A stretch of 64,000 nt of DNA from Eubacteriales bacterium. GTDB lineage: Bacteria > Bacillota > Clostridia > Lachnospirales > Lachnospiraceae. The stretch spans positions 29,156-93,155 of the forward strand of contig JAZHVT010000003.1 in the NCBI GenBank assembly GCA_036453145.1, given 5' to 3'. The notes under the pieces were generated by a model. It saw only the letters and a program-made list of their open reading frames with translations, was not told the DNA's origin and did not search any database. The position numbers and the translations under genes were made by a program. Positions 37,219 through 48,590 of this stretch are shown in pieces (position 1 is the stretch's first letter; each line of letters starts with the position of its first letter).

Positions 37219-38919
37219 ATGCAGAAAGCAGCCAGAAAGAAAAAGAAACCGATTCTGCCGGTTCTCCTGCTGGCAGTGATCGTAGCTGTCGCCGGGGGTG
37301 TCTATTATTATATCGACAGCAGGACTCCGTCGAAGAAGCATCTGAGCGCTCAGGAATATTTCGGAGGCTCGGACCAGTCCATGGCGGTTACCGCGGGAGG
37401 CGAGGTCACGAAGAACGCCGCAATCGTCTATGACGGCAAGACCTACATTTCCGAGGATGTCATCGCAGACAGAGTTGATCCTTCATTTTATTATGAAGAA
37501 AATGAAAAGCTTCTCGTCGTCACGACGCCGACACAGAAGACGACGCTGAACCTGACGGATGGCTCGTCTCCTGACAAGGAGGCGGAAATTCTGGACGGAA
37601 CCGTATATATTTCCGAGGATTTTCTGAAGCAATGGGCGGATGTGGAGGTCACGCAGTATGACAGCCCCACGCGGCTTGTCATCAAGTCGTCGTGGAATTA
37701 TCCGGCCGGAGACGTCTCAGAGGACGCAGCAATCCGAGAGTCGGCGGACATAAAGGCGCCGATTGTCAGGGACGTGTCCTCTGGCGATACGGTCCGGCTT
37801 CTTGACGTCAGCTCTGACGGAAGCGCGGAGGACGGCAAGCAGGACGGCTTCACGAAGGTTGAGTCAGACAACGGGTACGTCGGATACATCAGCGACTCAA
37901 GCATCACGAATATACGGGAATTGACGGAGGATCACACGAGCAGTATCGGGGATTACACGACAGTCGGATTTGACGGAAAGATCAACATGGTTTTTCACCA
38001 GACGACAAGTCAGGCATCAAACAACGCACTGTCCAGCTCGATCGCAAAGGTGACGGGCGTCAATGTCATCGCGCCAACGTGGTTTTTCCTTGACGACAAG
38101 GAGGGAGGCATTCAGGACCTCTCCAGCTCCGAGTATGTCGCGACAGCGCACAGCGCAGGCATGAAGGTGTGGGCGGTGCTCAATGACTTCGATGGAAATG
38201 TCGCTTCGTCCGATGATACGGCGGCATCTCTCTCGACGGACACATATCGGTCAAAAATTGTTGATACGGTAATGCAGTCCATCAAGGCGTCCGGCGCCGA
38301 TGGTCTTAACATCGACATGGAGCATGTGACGAAAAACAGTGTGAATGATTTTCTTGAGCTCGTGCGTGAATTTTCCGTCGAGTGCAGGAACGCCGGCATC
38401 GCACTGTCCGTCGACGATTATGTTCCTACATTTACGGGATATATGAACCGGGTGGAGCAGGCGAGAGTCTGCGACTATATTGTCACAATGTGCTATGATG
38501 AACACAGCACGGATTCTGAGGAAGCCGGGTCGGTCTCATCTCTGCCCTTCGTAAAGAAGGGAATCGAGGATACGCTGAAGATTGTTCCCGCCGAAAAAAT
38601 GATCGTTGCACTCCCGTTCTTCACGAGACTGTGGACGACAGCAGGCGGGAAGGTGACCAGCACGGCCTATGGAATGACAGATGCGGAGAATGCCGTATCG
38701 TCCATGGGCATGTCCGAGAAATGGGACGATCAGACCGGGCAGACATATTGCGAGCTGACATCCGGGGATACAAAATATCAGATGTGGCTTGAAAATGAGA
38801 AGTCCATCGGCCTTAAAATGGAGGCTGTGCAGGAGGCCGGCTGCGCCGGTGTTGCGGAGTGGAAGCTCGGCCTCGAGAAACAGGAAATCTGGGAGATTAT
38901 AAATAATTATCTGGCCTGA
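37219..38919 (+). CDS. Membrane-anchored glycoside hydrolase family 18 with SH3-like domain
   Basis: N-terminal TM, APTWF, DGLNIDME catalytic motif, MCYDEH, WKLGLE; promoter TTTACG-17-TATAAT (37159-87). Confidence 0.88.
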   Translation: MQKAARKKKKPILPVLLLAVIVAVAGGVYYYIDSRTPSKKHLSAQEYFGGSDQSMAVTAGGEVTKNAAIVYDGKTYISEDVIADRVDPSFYYEENEKLLVVTTPTQKTTLNLTDGSSPDKEAEILDGTVYISEDFLKQWADVEVTQYDSPTRLVIKSSWNYPAGDVSEDAAIRESADIKAPIVRDVSSGDTVRLLDVSSDGSAEDGKQDGFTKVESDNGYVGYISDSSITNIRELTEDHTSSIGDYTTVGFDGKINMVFHQTTSQASNNALSSSIAKVTGVNVIAPTWFFLDDKEGGIQDLSSSEYVATAHSAGMKVWAVLNDFDGNVASSDDTAASLSTDTYRSKIVDTVMQSIKASGADGLNIDMEHVTKNSVNDFLELVREFSVECRNAGIALSVDDYVPTFTGYMNRVEQARVCDYIVTMCYDEHSTDSEEAGSVSSLPFVKKGIEDTLKIVPAEKMIVALPFFTRLWTTAGGKVTSTAYGMTDAENAVSSMGMSEKWDDQTGQTYCELTSGDTKYQMWLENEKSIGLKMEAVQEAGCAGVAEWKLGLEKQEIWEIINNYLA

Positions 38920-38946
38920 ACGGCCCGGGCGGAAAGGAGTTGCCAA

Positions 38947-39921
38947 GTGGCAGATTATTCAATGTTCAAGCAGCAGTTCAAGGGGTTTGACAGGGACGAG
39001 GTCCTCAGCTATATCCATCAGAAGGAAGAGGAGATGGCTGCGAAGGAGGAATCTCTGAAGCAGGAGATCAGCAAGCGCGACAAGATCATTTCAGAGCTGA
39101 AGACGCGCATCATCCTGAAGGACGATCAGGTTGAGCAGCTGAGAGCTGAGATCGACACGAAGTACAAGAAATATATCGACACATACAGCCAGATCAGCGA
39201 TCTCGCTTACGAAGCAAAGATGAGGGGAGAACAGCTTGTAAACGACGCGACGGTCAAGGCAAACAAGATGCGCACGGATGCGGAAAATGAGGCCAGAGCA
39301 AAGGTCGACACCGCGAGCGCGCAGGCTGAGAAGACCATGAGCGACGCGGACGCAAAGGCGCAGACGACTGTGAAGGATGCGGACGCGAAGGCAAAGCAGA
39401 CGGTCGAAGAGGCGGATTCACGCGCAAAGCTTACGCTTGATGACGCAAACCGCAAGGCACAGAAGAAGCTCGACGATGCGGATGCAGAGGCAAAGCGCCG
39501 TGTTGCCTCTGTCGAGAGCGTCATTGACGCAAAGCTGACGGACGGCAGAAAGCGCTACAGCGCAGTCCATGATGAGATGAACGATATTGTCCGGATGTTC
39601 AACCAGATCCAGAGAAAGTTCATGCAGTCCTATAAGGAGGTCCATGAGATTATCAACAGCATGCCGGAGGCATTTGACGATGCGGAGCTGAGTGATGAGG
39701 ATGAGCTGGACGACGAGAACGATGACGAGCTTCAGGCGATCAGCTCAGGCTTCAGCCTGGATGACCTCGACGAGGAGGCGGATGAGCTCGATCTGGATGA
39801 TGACAGCGACGATGAGAACAATACTGACACAAAGCGCGGGGACGCGGATGATGATGACAAGCCGTCACCTGACAATGACAGCAAGACGATTGATATCACG
39901 TCCATCGGCGCTGCGAACTGA
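38947..39921 (+). CDS. DivIVA-like coiled-coil protein with acidic tail
   Basis: FKQQFKGFDRDEVLSYI (DivIVA-type N-terminus), 11-residue A..KA repeats, Asp/Glu-rich C-terminus; GTG after AAAGGAG. Confidence 0.7.
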   Translation: MADYSMFKQQFKGFDRDEVLSYIHQKEEEMAAKEESLKQEISKRDKIISELKTRIILKDDQVEQLRAEIDTKYKKYIDTYSQISDLAYEAKMRGEQLVNDATVKANKMRTDAENEARAKVDTASAQAEKTMSDADAKAQTTVKDADAKAKQTVEEADSRAKLTLDDANRKAQKKLDDADAEAKRRVASVESVIDAKLTDGRKRYSAVHDEMNDIVRMFNQIQRKFMQSYKEVHEIINSMPEAFDDAELSDEDELDDENDDELQAISSGFSLDDLDEEADELDLDDDSDDENNTDTKRGDADDDDKPSPDNDSKTIDITSIGAAN

Positions 39922-39930
39922 GGCGCTGCC

Positions 39931-41121
39931 ATGAAGACAGAAATCGTAAAAATTGATCCGAAGGCTATTGACGAGGCGGTGATTGCCCACGCGGGAGATA
40001 TACTGAAGCGCGGCGGGCTGGTTGCATTTCCTACAGAGACGGTCTATGGGCTCGGCGGAGATGCGCTGAACCCGGATGCGTCCCGGAAGATCTATGCGGC
40101 CAAGGGAAGACCATCTGACAATCCGCTGATTGTTCACATTGCGGACATGGAGCACCTGGAGGCAATCGCGGAGACTGTTCCTGACAATGCGCGGCGTCTG
40201 GCTGCGGCCTACTGGCCGGGACCGCTCACGATGATCTTCAACAAGAAGGCGATTGTGCCCTATGAGACGACGGGTGGCCTCGATACGGTGGCTGTCCGCA
40301 TGCCGTCCGATCCGATCGCGGCTGCGCTCATCCGCGCGGAGGGCGGCTATATTGCTGCTCCGAGTGCGAACACATCGGGACGTCCGTCGCCGACGACCGC
40401 GAGGCACGTCATTGATGATCTCGATGGCAGAATTGATATGATTATTGACGGCGGCGGTGTCGTGAAGATCGGTGTCGAGTCGACGATTGTCGACTTTACG
40501 GACACTGTTCCGACGATTCTGCGGCCGGGATACATCAATCTTGATATGCTGGAGCAGGTACTCGGAGAGGTGAAGATCGATCCGGGTATTCTTGATGCCA
40601 ATGCGAACAAGGGCATACGGCCGAAGGCGCCGGGCATGCGCTACAGACATTACGCGCCGAAGGCGGATATGACGATTGTCGAGGGCGAGGAGAACGCAGT
40701 TGTAGCGAAGATCACAGCGCTCGCGCGCGAGGCAGCGGAGGCAGGAAAGAAGGTCGGCATTATTGCGACCGTCACGACGGGCGGCCGCTATGCGGATGCG
40801 CTCCGGCCGTATCTCCTGGCAGGAAAATGGGAGAATGCATACGCGGACTTCGCGGAACCGTCTGCGGAGGGCGGCGCGGAGGCGGGACAGACCGCCTCAG
40901 GTCCTTCGGACGGAAAGAAGAAGGGCAGTGTTGATATCCGTGATATAGGAACGCGCGATGATGACCGGACGATTGCCCGGCATCTCTTCGCGGAGCTTCG
41001 TCAGTTTGATGACGACGGGGTGGATGTCATTTTCTCGGAGGCATTCGAGACACCGCGGATGGGAATGGCAATTATGAACCGGCTGAAGAAGGCAGCCGGA
41101 CAGAAGCTTATCAGAGTATAA
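39931..41121 (+). CDS. sua5: L-threonylcarbamoyladenylate synthase (Sua5 type)
   Basis: [39 protein letters not shown]; extra ~40-aa loop in the SUA5 domain. Confidence 0.95.
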   Translation: MKTEIVKIDPKAIDEAVIAHAGDILKRGGLVAFPTETVYGLGGDALNPDASRKIYAAKGRPSDNPLIVHIADMEHLEAIAETVPDNARRLAAAYWPGPLTMIFNKKAIVPYETTGGLDTVAVRMPSDPIAAALIRAEGGYIAAPSANTSGRPSPTTARHVIDDLDGRIDMIIDGGGVVKIGVESTIVDFTDTVPTILRPGYINLDMLEQVLGEVKIDPGILDANANKGIRPKAPGMRYRHYAPKADMTIVEGEENAVVAKITALAREAAEAGKKVGIIATVTTGGRYADALRPYLLAGKWENAYADFAEPSAEGGAEAGQTASGPSDGKKKGSVDIRDIGTRDDDRTIARHLFAELRQFDDDGVDVIFSEAFETPRMGMAIMNRLKKAAGQKLIRV

Positions 41122-41134
41122 GATAGGAGAGCGT

Positions 41135-41764
41135 ATGGGAAAGGTTACATTCATGGATCACCCGCTGATCAGACATAAGATCGGCATCATCAGAAACAAG
41201 AATACGGGCACGAAGGAGTTCCGTGAGATCATCTCGGAGATCGCGATGCTCGAGTGCTATGAGGCGACGAGAAATCTGCCGCTCAAGGACGTGGAGATCG
41301 AGACACCGATCGCAAAGACGACGGTCAAGGAGCTGGCAGGCAAGAAGCTTGCGATCGTTCCGATCCTGAGAGCCGGCATCGGTATGGTCTCCGGCATGCA
41401 GGCCCTTCTTCCGGCCGCGAAGGTCGGTCACATTGGCATGTACCGTGATCCGGAGACGCTGAAGCCTGTCGAGTATTACTGCAAGCTTCCGGCGGATATC
41501 GAGGAGAGAGACGTATTTGTCGTCGACCCGATGCTTGCGACCGGCGGAAGCGCCTGCGACGCAATTACGCAGCTGAAGAAGCACGGCTGCCGGAAGATCT
41601 CATTTCTGTGCATTATCGCGGCACCGGAGGGTCTCGAGAGGCTCAAGAAGGAGCATCCGGATGTCGATATCATCATCGGTGAGATGGATGATCATCTGAA
41701 TGATGACGGATATATCGTCCCGGGCCTCGGAGATGCCGGAGACCGCATATTCGGAACAAAATAA
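41135..41764 (+). CDS. upp: Uracil phosphoribosyltransferase
   Basis: [27 protein letters not shown]. Confidence 0.97.
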   Translation: MGKVTFMDHPLIRHKIGIIRNKNTGTKEFREIISEIAMLECYEATRNLPLKDVEIETPIAKTTVKELAGKKLAIVPILRAGIGMVSGMQALLPAAKVGHIGMYRDPETLKPVEYYCKLPADIEERDVFVVDPMLATGGSACDAITQLKKHGCRKISFLCIIAAPEGLERLKKEHPDVDIIIGEMDDHLNDDGYIVPGLGDAGDRIFGTK

Positions 41765-41858
41765 TTTCTGCCCGGAGGCTGTCCGGTGCATGCCGGACGA
41801 GGCCGGACAAGACGCGCATACGCCCGCCGCGCGGGAGGCGCGAGGAAGGAATGTGTCT

Positions 41859-42344
41859 ATGAGCGACAAGAGGACGGATTATCTGAGCTGGGACGAATAT
41901 TTCATGGGCGTTGCATTTCTGTCCGGCATGCGGTCGAAGGACCCGCACACGCAGGTCGGCTGCTGCATCGTGAGCCCGGACAACAAGATTCTGTCCATGG
42001 GCTACAACGGCTTTCCGAAGGGCTGCTCCGATGATGAGTTTCCGTGGAGCAGGGAGGGTGCACCGCTCGATAACAAATATTTTTACACGACGCACAGCGA
42101 GCTGAACGCGATTCTGAATTACAGGGGCGGCAGTCTTGAGGGCGCGAAGCTCTATGTATCGCTGTTTCCGTGCAATGAGTGCGCGAAGGCGATTATTCAG
42201 GCGGGAATCCGTACCGTCGTCTATGACAGCGACAAATACAAAAATGAGGACAGCACGATCGCGTCGAAGCGCATGTTTGATGCGGCCGGGGTCCGGTACT
42301 ATCAGTACACAAGGACCGGAAGAGAGATCAGACTGACGGTCTGA
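41859..42344 (+). CDS. dCMP deaminase (ComEB-like)
   Basis: SWDEYFM, HSELNAI, PCNECAK; ATG 41859 after AGGAAGGA. Confidence 0.92.
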   Translation: MSDKRTDYLSWDEYFMGVAFLSGMRSKDPHTQVGCCIVSPDNKILSMGYNGFPKGCSDDEFPWSREGAPLDNKYFYTTHSELNAILNYRGGSLEGAKLYVSLFPCNECAKAIIQAGIRTVVYDSDKYKNEDSTIASKRMFDAAGVRYYQYTRTGREIRLTV

Positions 42345-42453
42345 GGAGACTTCATTTTTCATAAGGGTATGTCTGCCGTAAGTACGCGGCTTTCCATACA
42401 AGGGCCTCCTGATTCAGGTGTGGAGGTCACTAAATCATAAGGAGTTTTTCAAA

Positions 42454-43902
42454 ATGGCAAAAGACAAGAAAATGGTCGAGTCGATTACCGCTCGCGATGT
42501 GGATTTCGCGCAGTGGTACACAGACGTGGTCAAAAAGGCGGAGCTGACAGGTTACACTTCCGTCAAGGGCTGCATGGTGTTCAAGCCCGCCGGCTATGCG
42601 CTCTGGGAGAACATCCGGAACGAGCTGGACAGGCGGTTCAAGGAGACCGGCGTTCAGAACGTGTATCTTCCGATGCTGATCCCGGAGTCACTTCTTGACA
42701 AGGAGAAGGACCACGTCGAGGGCTTCGCTCCCGAGGTCGCGTGGGTCACAGAAGGCGGTCTTGAGAAGCTGCCTGAGAGAATGTGCGTCCGTCCGACATC
42801 TGAGACGCTGTTCTGCGACCTGTACTCAAAGGACATTCAGTCCTACAGAGATCTCCCGAAGGTCTACAATCAGTGGTGCTCGGTTCTCCGCTGGGAGAAG
42901 ACGACTCGTCCGTTCCTCCGCTCGAGAGAGTTCCTGTGGCAGGAGGGCCACACGGCGCACGCGACAGCTGAGGAGGCTGAGGCGCGCACTGTGCAGATGC
43001 TGAACCTCTATGCGGATTTTGCGGAGGATTTCCTCGCGATCCCGGTGCTTCGCGGTCAGAAGACAGACAAGGAGAAGTTTGCCGGCGCTGTCTCAACCTA
43101 TACGATCGAGGCGCTGATGCATGACGGCAAGGCACTTCAGTCGGGCACGAGCCACAACTTCGGTGACGGCTTCGCGAAGGCGTTCGGCATTCAGTACACA
43201 GACAAGGACAACAAGCTGAAGTATGTCTACCAGACGTCCTGGGGCATGACGACAAGAATGATCGGCGCGATCATCATGGTCCACGGCGATGATGACGGCC
43301 TTGTTCTTCCGCCGAAGGTTGCTCCGACGCAGGTCGTGGTGATCCCGATCCGTCAGAACGCAGAGGGCATTCTTGACAAGGCAAATGAAATTGCCGATAC
43401 ACTGAAGAAGGCGGGTCTCCGCGTGAAGCTCGATGACTCCGACCGCTCACCGGGCTGGAAGTTCGCTGATCAGGAAATGAGAGGCTTCCCGCTCCGCATC
43501 GAGATCGGCCCGAAGGATATGGAGCAGGGCCAGTGTGTTCTTGTCCGCCGCGATACACGCGAGAAGACTGTCGTGAAAATTGAGGATGCCGCGGCAGCAT
43601 CCGCAAAGATGCTCGACACGATTCAGCATGATATGTTCGAGCGCGCAAAGAAATTCCGCGACGAGCACATCTATGAGGCGGATACCTATGAGGAGTTCGT
43701 CGATACGGCGAACAACAAGCCGGGCTTCATTTTCGCACCGTGGTGCGGCGATGTCGAGTGTGAGAACAAGATCAAGGAGGACCTTGCCGTCACATCGAGA
43801 TGCATCCCGTTCGGCGACAGCAGAATTCCGAAGGATGGCGCAAGATGCGTCTGCTGCGGAAAGCCGGCGAAAAAGATGGTTTACTGGGGCAAGGCGTATT
43901 GA
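42454..43902 (+). CDS. proS: Proline--tRNA ligase (archaeal/eukaryote-like type)
   Basis: [36 protein letters not shown]; ATG 42454 after AAGGAG. Confidence 0.96.
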   Translation: MAKDKKMVESITARDVDFAQWYTDVVKKAELTGYTSVKGCMVFKPAGYALWENIRNELDRRFKETGVQNVYLPMLIPESLLDKEKDHVEGFAPEVAWVTEGGLEKLPERMCVRPTSETLFCDLYSKDIQSYRDLPKVYNQWCSVLRWEKTTRPFLRSREFLWQEGHTAHATAEEAEARTVQMLNLYADFAEDFLAIPVLRGQKTDKEKFAGAVSTYTIEALMHDGKALQSGTSHNFGDGFAKAFGIQYTDKDNKLKYVYQTSWGMTTRMIGAIIMVHGDDDGLVLPPKVAPTQVVVIPIRQNAEGILDKANEIADTLKKAGLRVKLDDSDRSPGWKFADQEMRGFPLRIEIGPKDMEQGQCVLVRRDTREKTVVKIEDAAAASAKMLDTIQHDMFERAKKFRDEHIYEADTYEEFVDTANNKPGFIFAPWCGDVECENKIKEDLAVTSRCIPFGDSRIPKDGARCVCCGKPAKKMVYWGKAY

Positions 43903-43932
43903 TACTGTGTGCCTCAGTCTGAAGCAGTGATG

Positions 43933-43964
43933 AGTCCCGCCCGCCTTGTGCGGCGGGACTTTTT
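43933..43964 (+). terminator. Intrinsic terminator after proS
   Basis: AGTCCCGCC...GGCGGGACT plus TTTT. Confidence 0.75.
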
Positions 43965-44008
43965 AAGATAGTGCGGAAGGAAACTGGTGTCATCGGAGGG
44001 AAAGAGAA

Positions 44009-45352
44009 GTGAAGCTGAAATTACCGGCTAAGGTGAAATACATACTGGATATTCTGCGCGAGAACGGGTATGAGGCGTATGTTGTCGGCGGCTGTGTCCG
44101 CGATTCCGTCCTCGCGAAGAAGCCGAATGACTGGGATATCACGACGTCTGCACTCCCGGAGCAGGTCAAGGCGTGCTTCCGGCGGACGGTCGACACAGGC
44201 ATTCAGCACGGGACGGTCACTGTCCTTGTCGGCGACTCGTCATTTGAGGTCACGACATACAGAATAGACGGGGAGTATTCCGACGGACGTCATCCGGACA
44301 GCGTGACATTTACGGGCAGGCTTGCGGATGACCTGCGAAGGCGCGACTTCACGATCAATGCCATGGCCTACAACGAGGAGGACGGGCTGGTTGATCTCTA
44401 CGGAGGCATGAACGATCTGCAGGAGCGCGTGATCCGCTGCGTCGGAAATCCCGACGAGCGGTTCGACGAGGACGCACTCCGCATCATGCGGGCTGTCCGG
44501 TTTGCAGCCCAGCTTGATTTCCGCATAGACAAGGCAACCTATGACGCGATTGCCTCGCACGCGGATGATCTGCACAAGGTGAGCGCGGAGCGGATCCGCG
44601 TGGAGCTCGTGAAGCTTCTCATTTCCGATCACCCGGAGCGGTTCATGGACCTCTACGAGCTCGGCATGACGCATGTGATCCTCCCCGAATTTGATATCTG
44701 CATGCACACGCCGCAGAACTCAATCTATCATATCTGGCATGTCGGGGAGCATATCGTGCACGCTATGTGCGAGGTGCCGGCTGACACCGTGCTCCGCGTC
44801 ACAATGCTGCTCCACGATATCGGAAAACCGAATGTCAGATGGACGGACAGCCTCGGGAGAGACCATTTCAAGGGACACGCGCGTGTGAGCGCGGAGATGG
44901 CTGACGGGATCCTGCGGAGACTGAAGTTCGACAATGATACGCGAAGAAAATGCGTGAACCTCATCCGCTGGCACGATCTGCGGCCGAAGGCGGAGCCTGC
45001 TGACGTGAGGCGAACGATGTATACCGTAGGACCGGAGAATTTTGAGGATTTTCTTGCCGTGCAGTGGGCCGACAATATGGCGAAGAGCAGCTATATCAGG
45101 GATAAGGCGCTCAAACAGCTCAGCCGCATTTATGATGTGTACAGACAGATTGTAGAGAACGGGGACTGCCTCAGCATTCGTGACCTCGCGATTAACGGAC
45201 GTGATCTGACGGAGATCGGAATCCGCGGCAAAGAGGTGGGCAATATTCTTGAGGCGTGCCTCATGTGCGTGCTGCGGAATCCGGCCATGAATGATCATGA
45301 GCTTCTGATGATGTATGCCCGACAGCGGGTCGAGCAGATTCTGAGGGCATGA
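44009..45352 (+). CDS. cca: CCA tRNA nucleotidyltransferase with HD domain
   Basis: VGGCVRD, DWDITTS, DLRRRDFTINAM, EDALRIMRA, LLHDIGK. Confidence 0.92.
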   Translation: MKLKLPAKVKYILDILRENGYEAYVVGGCVRDSVLAKKPNDWDITTSALPEQVKACFRRTVDTGIQHGTVTVLVGDSSFEVTTYRIDGEYSDGRHPDSVTFTGRLADDLRRRDFTINAMAYNEEDGLVDLYGGMNDLQERVIRCVGNPDERFDEDALRIMRAVRFAAQLDFRIDKATYDAIASHADDLHKVSAERIRVELVKLLISDHPERFMDLYELGMTHVILPEFDICMHTPQNSIYHIWHVGEHIVHAMCEVPADTVLRVTMLLHDIGKPNVRWTDSLGRDHFKGHARVSAEMADGILRRLKFDNDTRRKCVNLIRWHDLRPKAEPADVRRTMYTVGPENFEDFLAVQWADNMAKSSYIRDKALKQLSRIYDVYRQIVENGDCLSIRDLAINGRDLTEIGIRGKEVGNILEACLMCVLRNPAMNDHELLMMYARQRVEQILRA

Positions 45353-45467
45353 AGATACACTGAGCACGGCGAGCCCGCGCCCCGCGGAGCGCCTCTGCTG
45401 CGGCGCGGGAAATGCAGACACCAGAGACCATGAGAGAGCATGCAACAGATAGGATGGAGGCCTGAGA

Positions 45468-46178
45468 ATGGGAGTCAGAAAAACAAAGCAGGAGACAGAC
45501 GGAGAACTGGAAAAGAAGAAGGAGCTCTGTCTCGAGGTGATCCGGAGGCTGAAGAAGGAATATCCGCTGGCTCCGTGCACACTGAGCTATGACAAGGCGT
45601 GGCAGCTCCTTGTGAGCGTGCGGCTCGCGGCCCAGTGCACCGACAAGCGCGTCGATATGGTCACGCCGAAGCTGTATGAAAAATATCCGACGGTCGCAGC
45701 TCTTGCGGCCGCGGACCCGGCGGACATCGAGGAGATCGTGCGGCCGTGCGGCCTGGGTCACTCCAAGGCGAGGGACATCTCCGCATGCATGCGGGTGCTT
45801 CACGAGAAATACCATGACCATTGCCCGGATACATTCAAGGAGCTGCTTGCGCTTCCGGGAGTCGGAAGAAAAAGCGCAAATCTTGTCATGGGCGATGTCT
45901 TCGGGAAGCCTGCGATCGTGACAGATACGCACTGCATCCGCCTCAGCAACCTGATCGGACTTGTCGATGGCATTAAGGAACCGGCGAAGGTGGAGAAAGA
46001 GCTCTGGAAGATTGTTCCGCCTGAGGAGGGCAGTGATCTCTGCCACCGGTTTGTATACCACGGAAGAGCAGTCTGCATCGCAAGGCGCCCGCAGTGCGGC
46101 AGGTGCTGTCTTCGTGACATCTGCCGCTATGCGCTTGAAAATGGAGCTGCGGAAAAAGCCGGGAACGAGGCAGAATAA
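45468..46178 (+). CDS. nth: Endonuclease III
   Basis: LAAQCTD, HhH LPGVGRKSAN, TDTH, C-x6-C-x2-C-x5-C Fe-S motif. Confidence 0.93.
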   Translation: MGVRKTKQETDGELEKKKELCLEVIRRLKKEYPLAPCTLSYDKAWQLLVSVRLAAQCTDKRVDMVTPKLYEKYPTVAALAAADPADIEEIVRPCGLGHSKARDISACMRVLHEKYHDHCPDTFKELLALPGVGRKSANLVMGDVFGKPAIVTDTHCIRLSNLIGLVDGIKEPAKVEKELWKIVPPEEGSDLCHRFVYHGRAVCIARRPQCGRCCLRDICRYALENGAAEKAGNEAE

Positions 46179-46229
46179 GACTCGCCCGGGAGACAGAGAA
46201 TGAGCCGATACAGGCACAGAGAGGTATAT

Positions 46230-46724
46230 ATGCTGAATGTAGTATTGCATGAGCCGGAGCAGCCGGGAAATACAGGAACCATCGGGCGGAGCTGCGTGTG
46301 CAGCGGCACAGCGCTCCATCTGATCGAGCCGCTGGGATTTCATTTGACGGACCGGTATATAAAGCGGGCGGGGCTCGATTACTGGAACCGGCTCAGCGTG
46401 ACGCGCTATATGAACTACGAGACATTTATGGAGAAACATCCCGGGGCCAGAGTCTGGTATGTGACGACAAAGGCCAGACAGTCCTACACAGATGTGTCAT
46501 ATCACGACGGTGATTTTCTTATGTTCGGCAAGGAGAGCGCGGGAATTCCGGAGGAGATTCTCGTGGAGCATCCGGATTCCTGCATCCGGATCCCGATGAT
46601 GCCGGGAGAACGGTCACTGAATCTGTCGAACTCCGTCTCGATCGTCCTGTTTGAGGCGCTTCGCCAGCTCGGCTTCCCCGGCATGCAGACAGAGGGAAAT
46701 CTGCACCACCTGAGCTGGGATTGA
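46230..46724 (+). CDS. trmL: tRNA (cytidine/uridine-34 2'-O)-methyltransferase
   Basis: SPOUT motifs: KRAGLDYW, FGKESAG, RSLNLSNS. Confidence 0.92.
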   Translation: MLNVVLHEPEQPGNTGTIGRSCVCSGTALHLIEPLGFHLTDRYIKRAGLDYWNRLSVTRYMNYETFMEKHPGARVWYVTTKARQSYTDVSYHDGDFLMFGKESAGIPEEILVEHPDSCIRIPMMPGERSLNLSNSVSIVLFEALRQLGFPGMQTEGNLHHLSWD

Positions 46725-46739
46725 CCCTTCACTGGAACC

Positions 46740-46768
46740 TTGACATCGCGTGGCGCGGAACGTATAGT
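46740..46768 (+). promoter_or_regulatory. sigmaA promoter of pgm
   Basis: TTGACA-17-TATAGT. Confidence 0.75.
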
Positions 46769-46865
46769 TTAAGCAGGTGATTGTGCATACGAAAGGCTCA
46801 CGTGAACAGGGGTCTGTCGTTGAAAATTCACAAAACAACTATACAAAGAAGGGATGGTAATCAAT

Positions 46866-48548
46866 ATGTATCAGGATGAGTACAGGCGCTGGCTTGCAGC
46901 GGACCTCGAGGACTTTGACCTGAAGAGAGAGCTTGAAACGATCAAGGACGATGACGATGCGATCAAGGACCGCTTCGCAGTCGCGCTTCAGTTTGGTACG
47001 GCGGGTCTCCGCGGAACGCTTGGCGCCGGCACAAACCGCATGAACATCTGGGTAGTCCGTCAGGCTACACAGGGCGTTGCAGACTGGGTCAAGACACAGG
47101 GCGGTACACAGACGGTTGCCATCAGCTACGACAGCCGCCTGAAGGGCTCTACATTTGCGAAGGATGCCGCAGGCGTTCTGGCTGCAAACGGCATCAAGGT
47201 CCGCATTTATGACGCACTTATGCCGGTTCCGGCCCTCTCCTTCGCAACCCGCTATTACAAATGCAATGCCGGCATCATGGTGACGGCGTCCCATAACCCG
47301 GCGAAATACAACGGCTACAAGGCGTATGGACCGGATGGCTGCCAGATGACAGACGACGCGGTGGCGGTAGTCTATGATCAGATCCAGAAGACGGATGTTC
47401 TCACAGGTGCAAAATACATCAGCTTCGCAGAGGGCGTCGAGCGCGGCCTGATCCGCTTTGTCGGCGATGACTGCAAGGCAGCGTTCTATGAGGCAATTGA
47501 GAAATGCCAGGTCCGTCCGGGACTTGCGAAGACGGCCGGACTGAAGCTCGTCTACTCACCGCTGAACGGCACAGGCCTTATTCCTGTCACGCATGTCCTC
47601 AAGGATATCGGCGTCACGGATGTGACGATCGTTCCGGAGCAGGAATATCCGAACGGCTATTTCACGACATGCCCGTATCCGAACCCGGAGATCTTTGAGG
47701 CTCTTGAGAAGGGCCTTGAGCTGGCGAAGAAGGAAGGCGCGGATCTGATGCTTGCAACAGATCCGGACGCAGACCGCGTCGGCATCGCGATGAAGTGCCC
47801 GGACGGCTCCTATGAGCTGGTCTCCGGCAATGAGATGGGTGTTCTTCTTCTTGATTACATCTGCGCAGGCAGAATCGAGAAGGGAACGATGCCGAAGAAT
47901 CCGGTCGCTGTCAAGTCGATCGTCTCCACACCGCTCGCCGACAAGGTTGCGGAGCACTACGGCGTTGAGCTTCGCCATACACTCACGGGCTTCAAGTGGA
48001 TCGGTGATCAGATCGCAAATCTCGAGGCAGCCGGTGAGGTTGACCGGTTCATCTTCGGCTTCGAGGAGAGCTACGGATATCTGGCCGGACCGTATGTCCG
48101 CGACAAGGATGCAGTCGTTGCATCCATGCTGATCTGCGAGATGGCTGCATACTACAGAAGCATCGGCTCCTCCATCAAGCAGAGACTCGAGGAGATCTAT
48201 GCGCAGTACGGCCGCTATCTGAACAAGGTCGACAGCTATGAATTCCCGGGACTTTCCGGCATGGATAAGATGAAGAGCATCATGGATGATCTCCGCAAGA
48301 ATCCGCCGAAGGATTTCTCAGGAGACAAGGTTGTGTCCGTCACGGATTATTCAAAGCCGGAGACGACAGGCCTTCCGAAGGCCAATGTCCTGACCTATGG
48401 TCTTGAGGACGGCGCAACGGTCGTCATCCGTCCGTCAGGAACAGAGCCCAAGATCAAGACATATTTCACGACGCTCGGGAAGAACCTCGAGGAAGCTCAG
48501 GCAGAGAAGGATAAGCTGACGGAGGCGATCGGACCGCTTCTCAGCTGA
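46866..48548 (+). CDS. pgm: Phosphoglucomutase/phosphomannomutase
   Basis: FGTAGLRG, TASHNP, DPDADR, FEESYG, RPSGTEPK. Confidence 0.94.
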   Translation: MYQDEYRRWLAADLEDFDLKRELETIKDDDDAIKDRFAVALQFGTAGLRGTLGAGTNRMNIWVVRQATQGVADWVKTQGGTQTVAISYDSRLKGSTFAKDAAGVLAANGIKVRIYDALMPVPALSFATRYYKCNAGIMVTASHNPAKYNGYKAYGPDGCQMTDDAVAVVYDQIQKTDVLTGAKYISFAEGVERGLIRFVGDDCKAAFYEAIEKCQVRPGLAKTAGLKLVYSPLNGTGLIPVTHVLKDIGVTDVTIVPEQEYPNGYFTTCPYPNPEIFEALEKGLELAKKEGADLMLATDPDADRVGIAMKCPDGSYELVSGNEMGVLLLDYICAGRIEKGTMPKNPVAVKSIVSTPLADKVAEHYGVELRHTLTGFKWIGDQIANLEAAGEVDRFIFGFEESYGYLAGPYVRDKDAVVASMLICEMAAYYRSIGSSIKQRLEEIYAQYGRYLNKVDSYEFPGLSGMDKMKSIMDDLRKNPPKDFSGDKVVSVTDYSKPETTGLPKANVLTYGLEDGATVVIRPSGTEPKIKTYFTTLGKNLEEAQAEKDKLTEAIGPLLS

Positions 48549-48590
48549 GAGGATGATACTCCGGATCTGGAACGCTTAGCGTTTCTCGTT

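Noticed and set aside
46816-46833. TTCACAA half-site upstream of pgm as a Rex or cre site
   Set aside because: Only one half matches; the left half fails the consensus.
46866-48548. Possible horizontal origin of pgm (seems close to Oscillospiraceae-type Pgm from memory)
   Set aside because: Cannot be supported without a phylogeny; no compositional break or mobility marks are visible.
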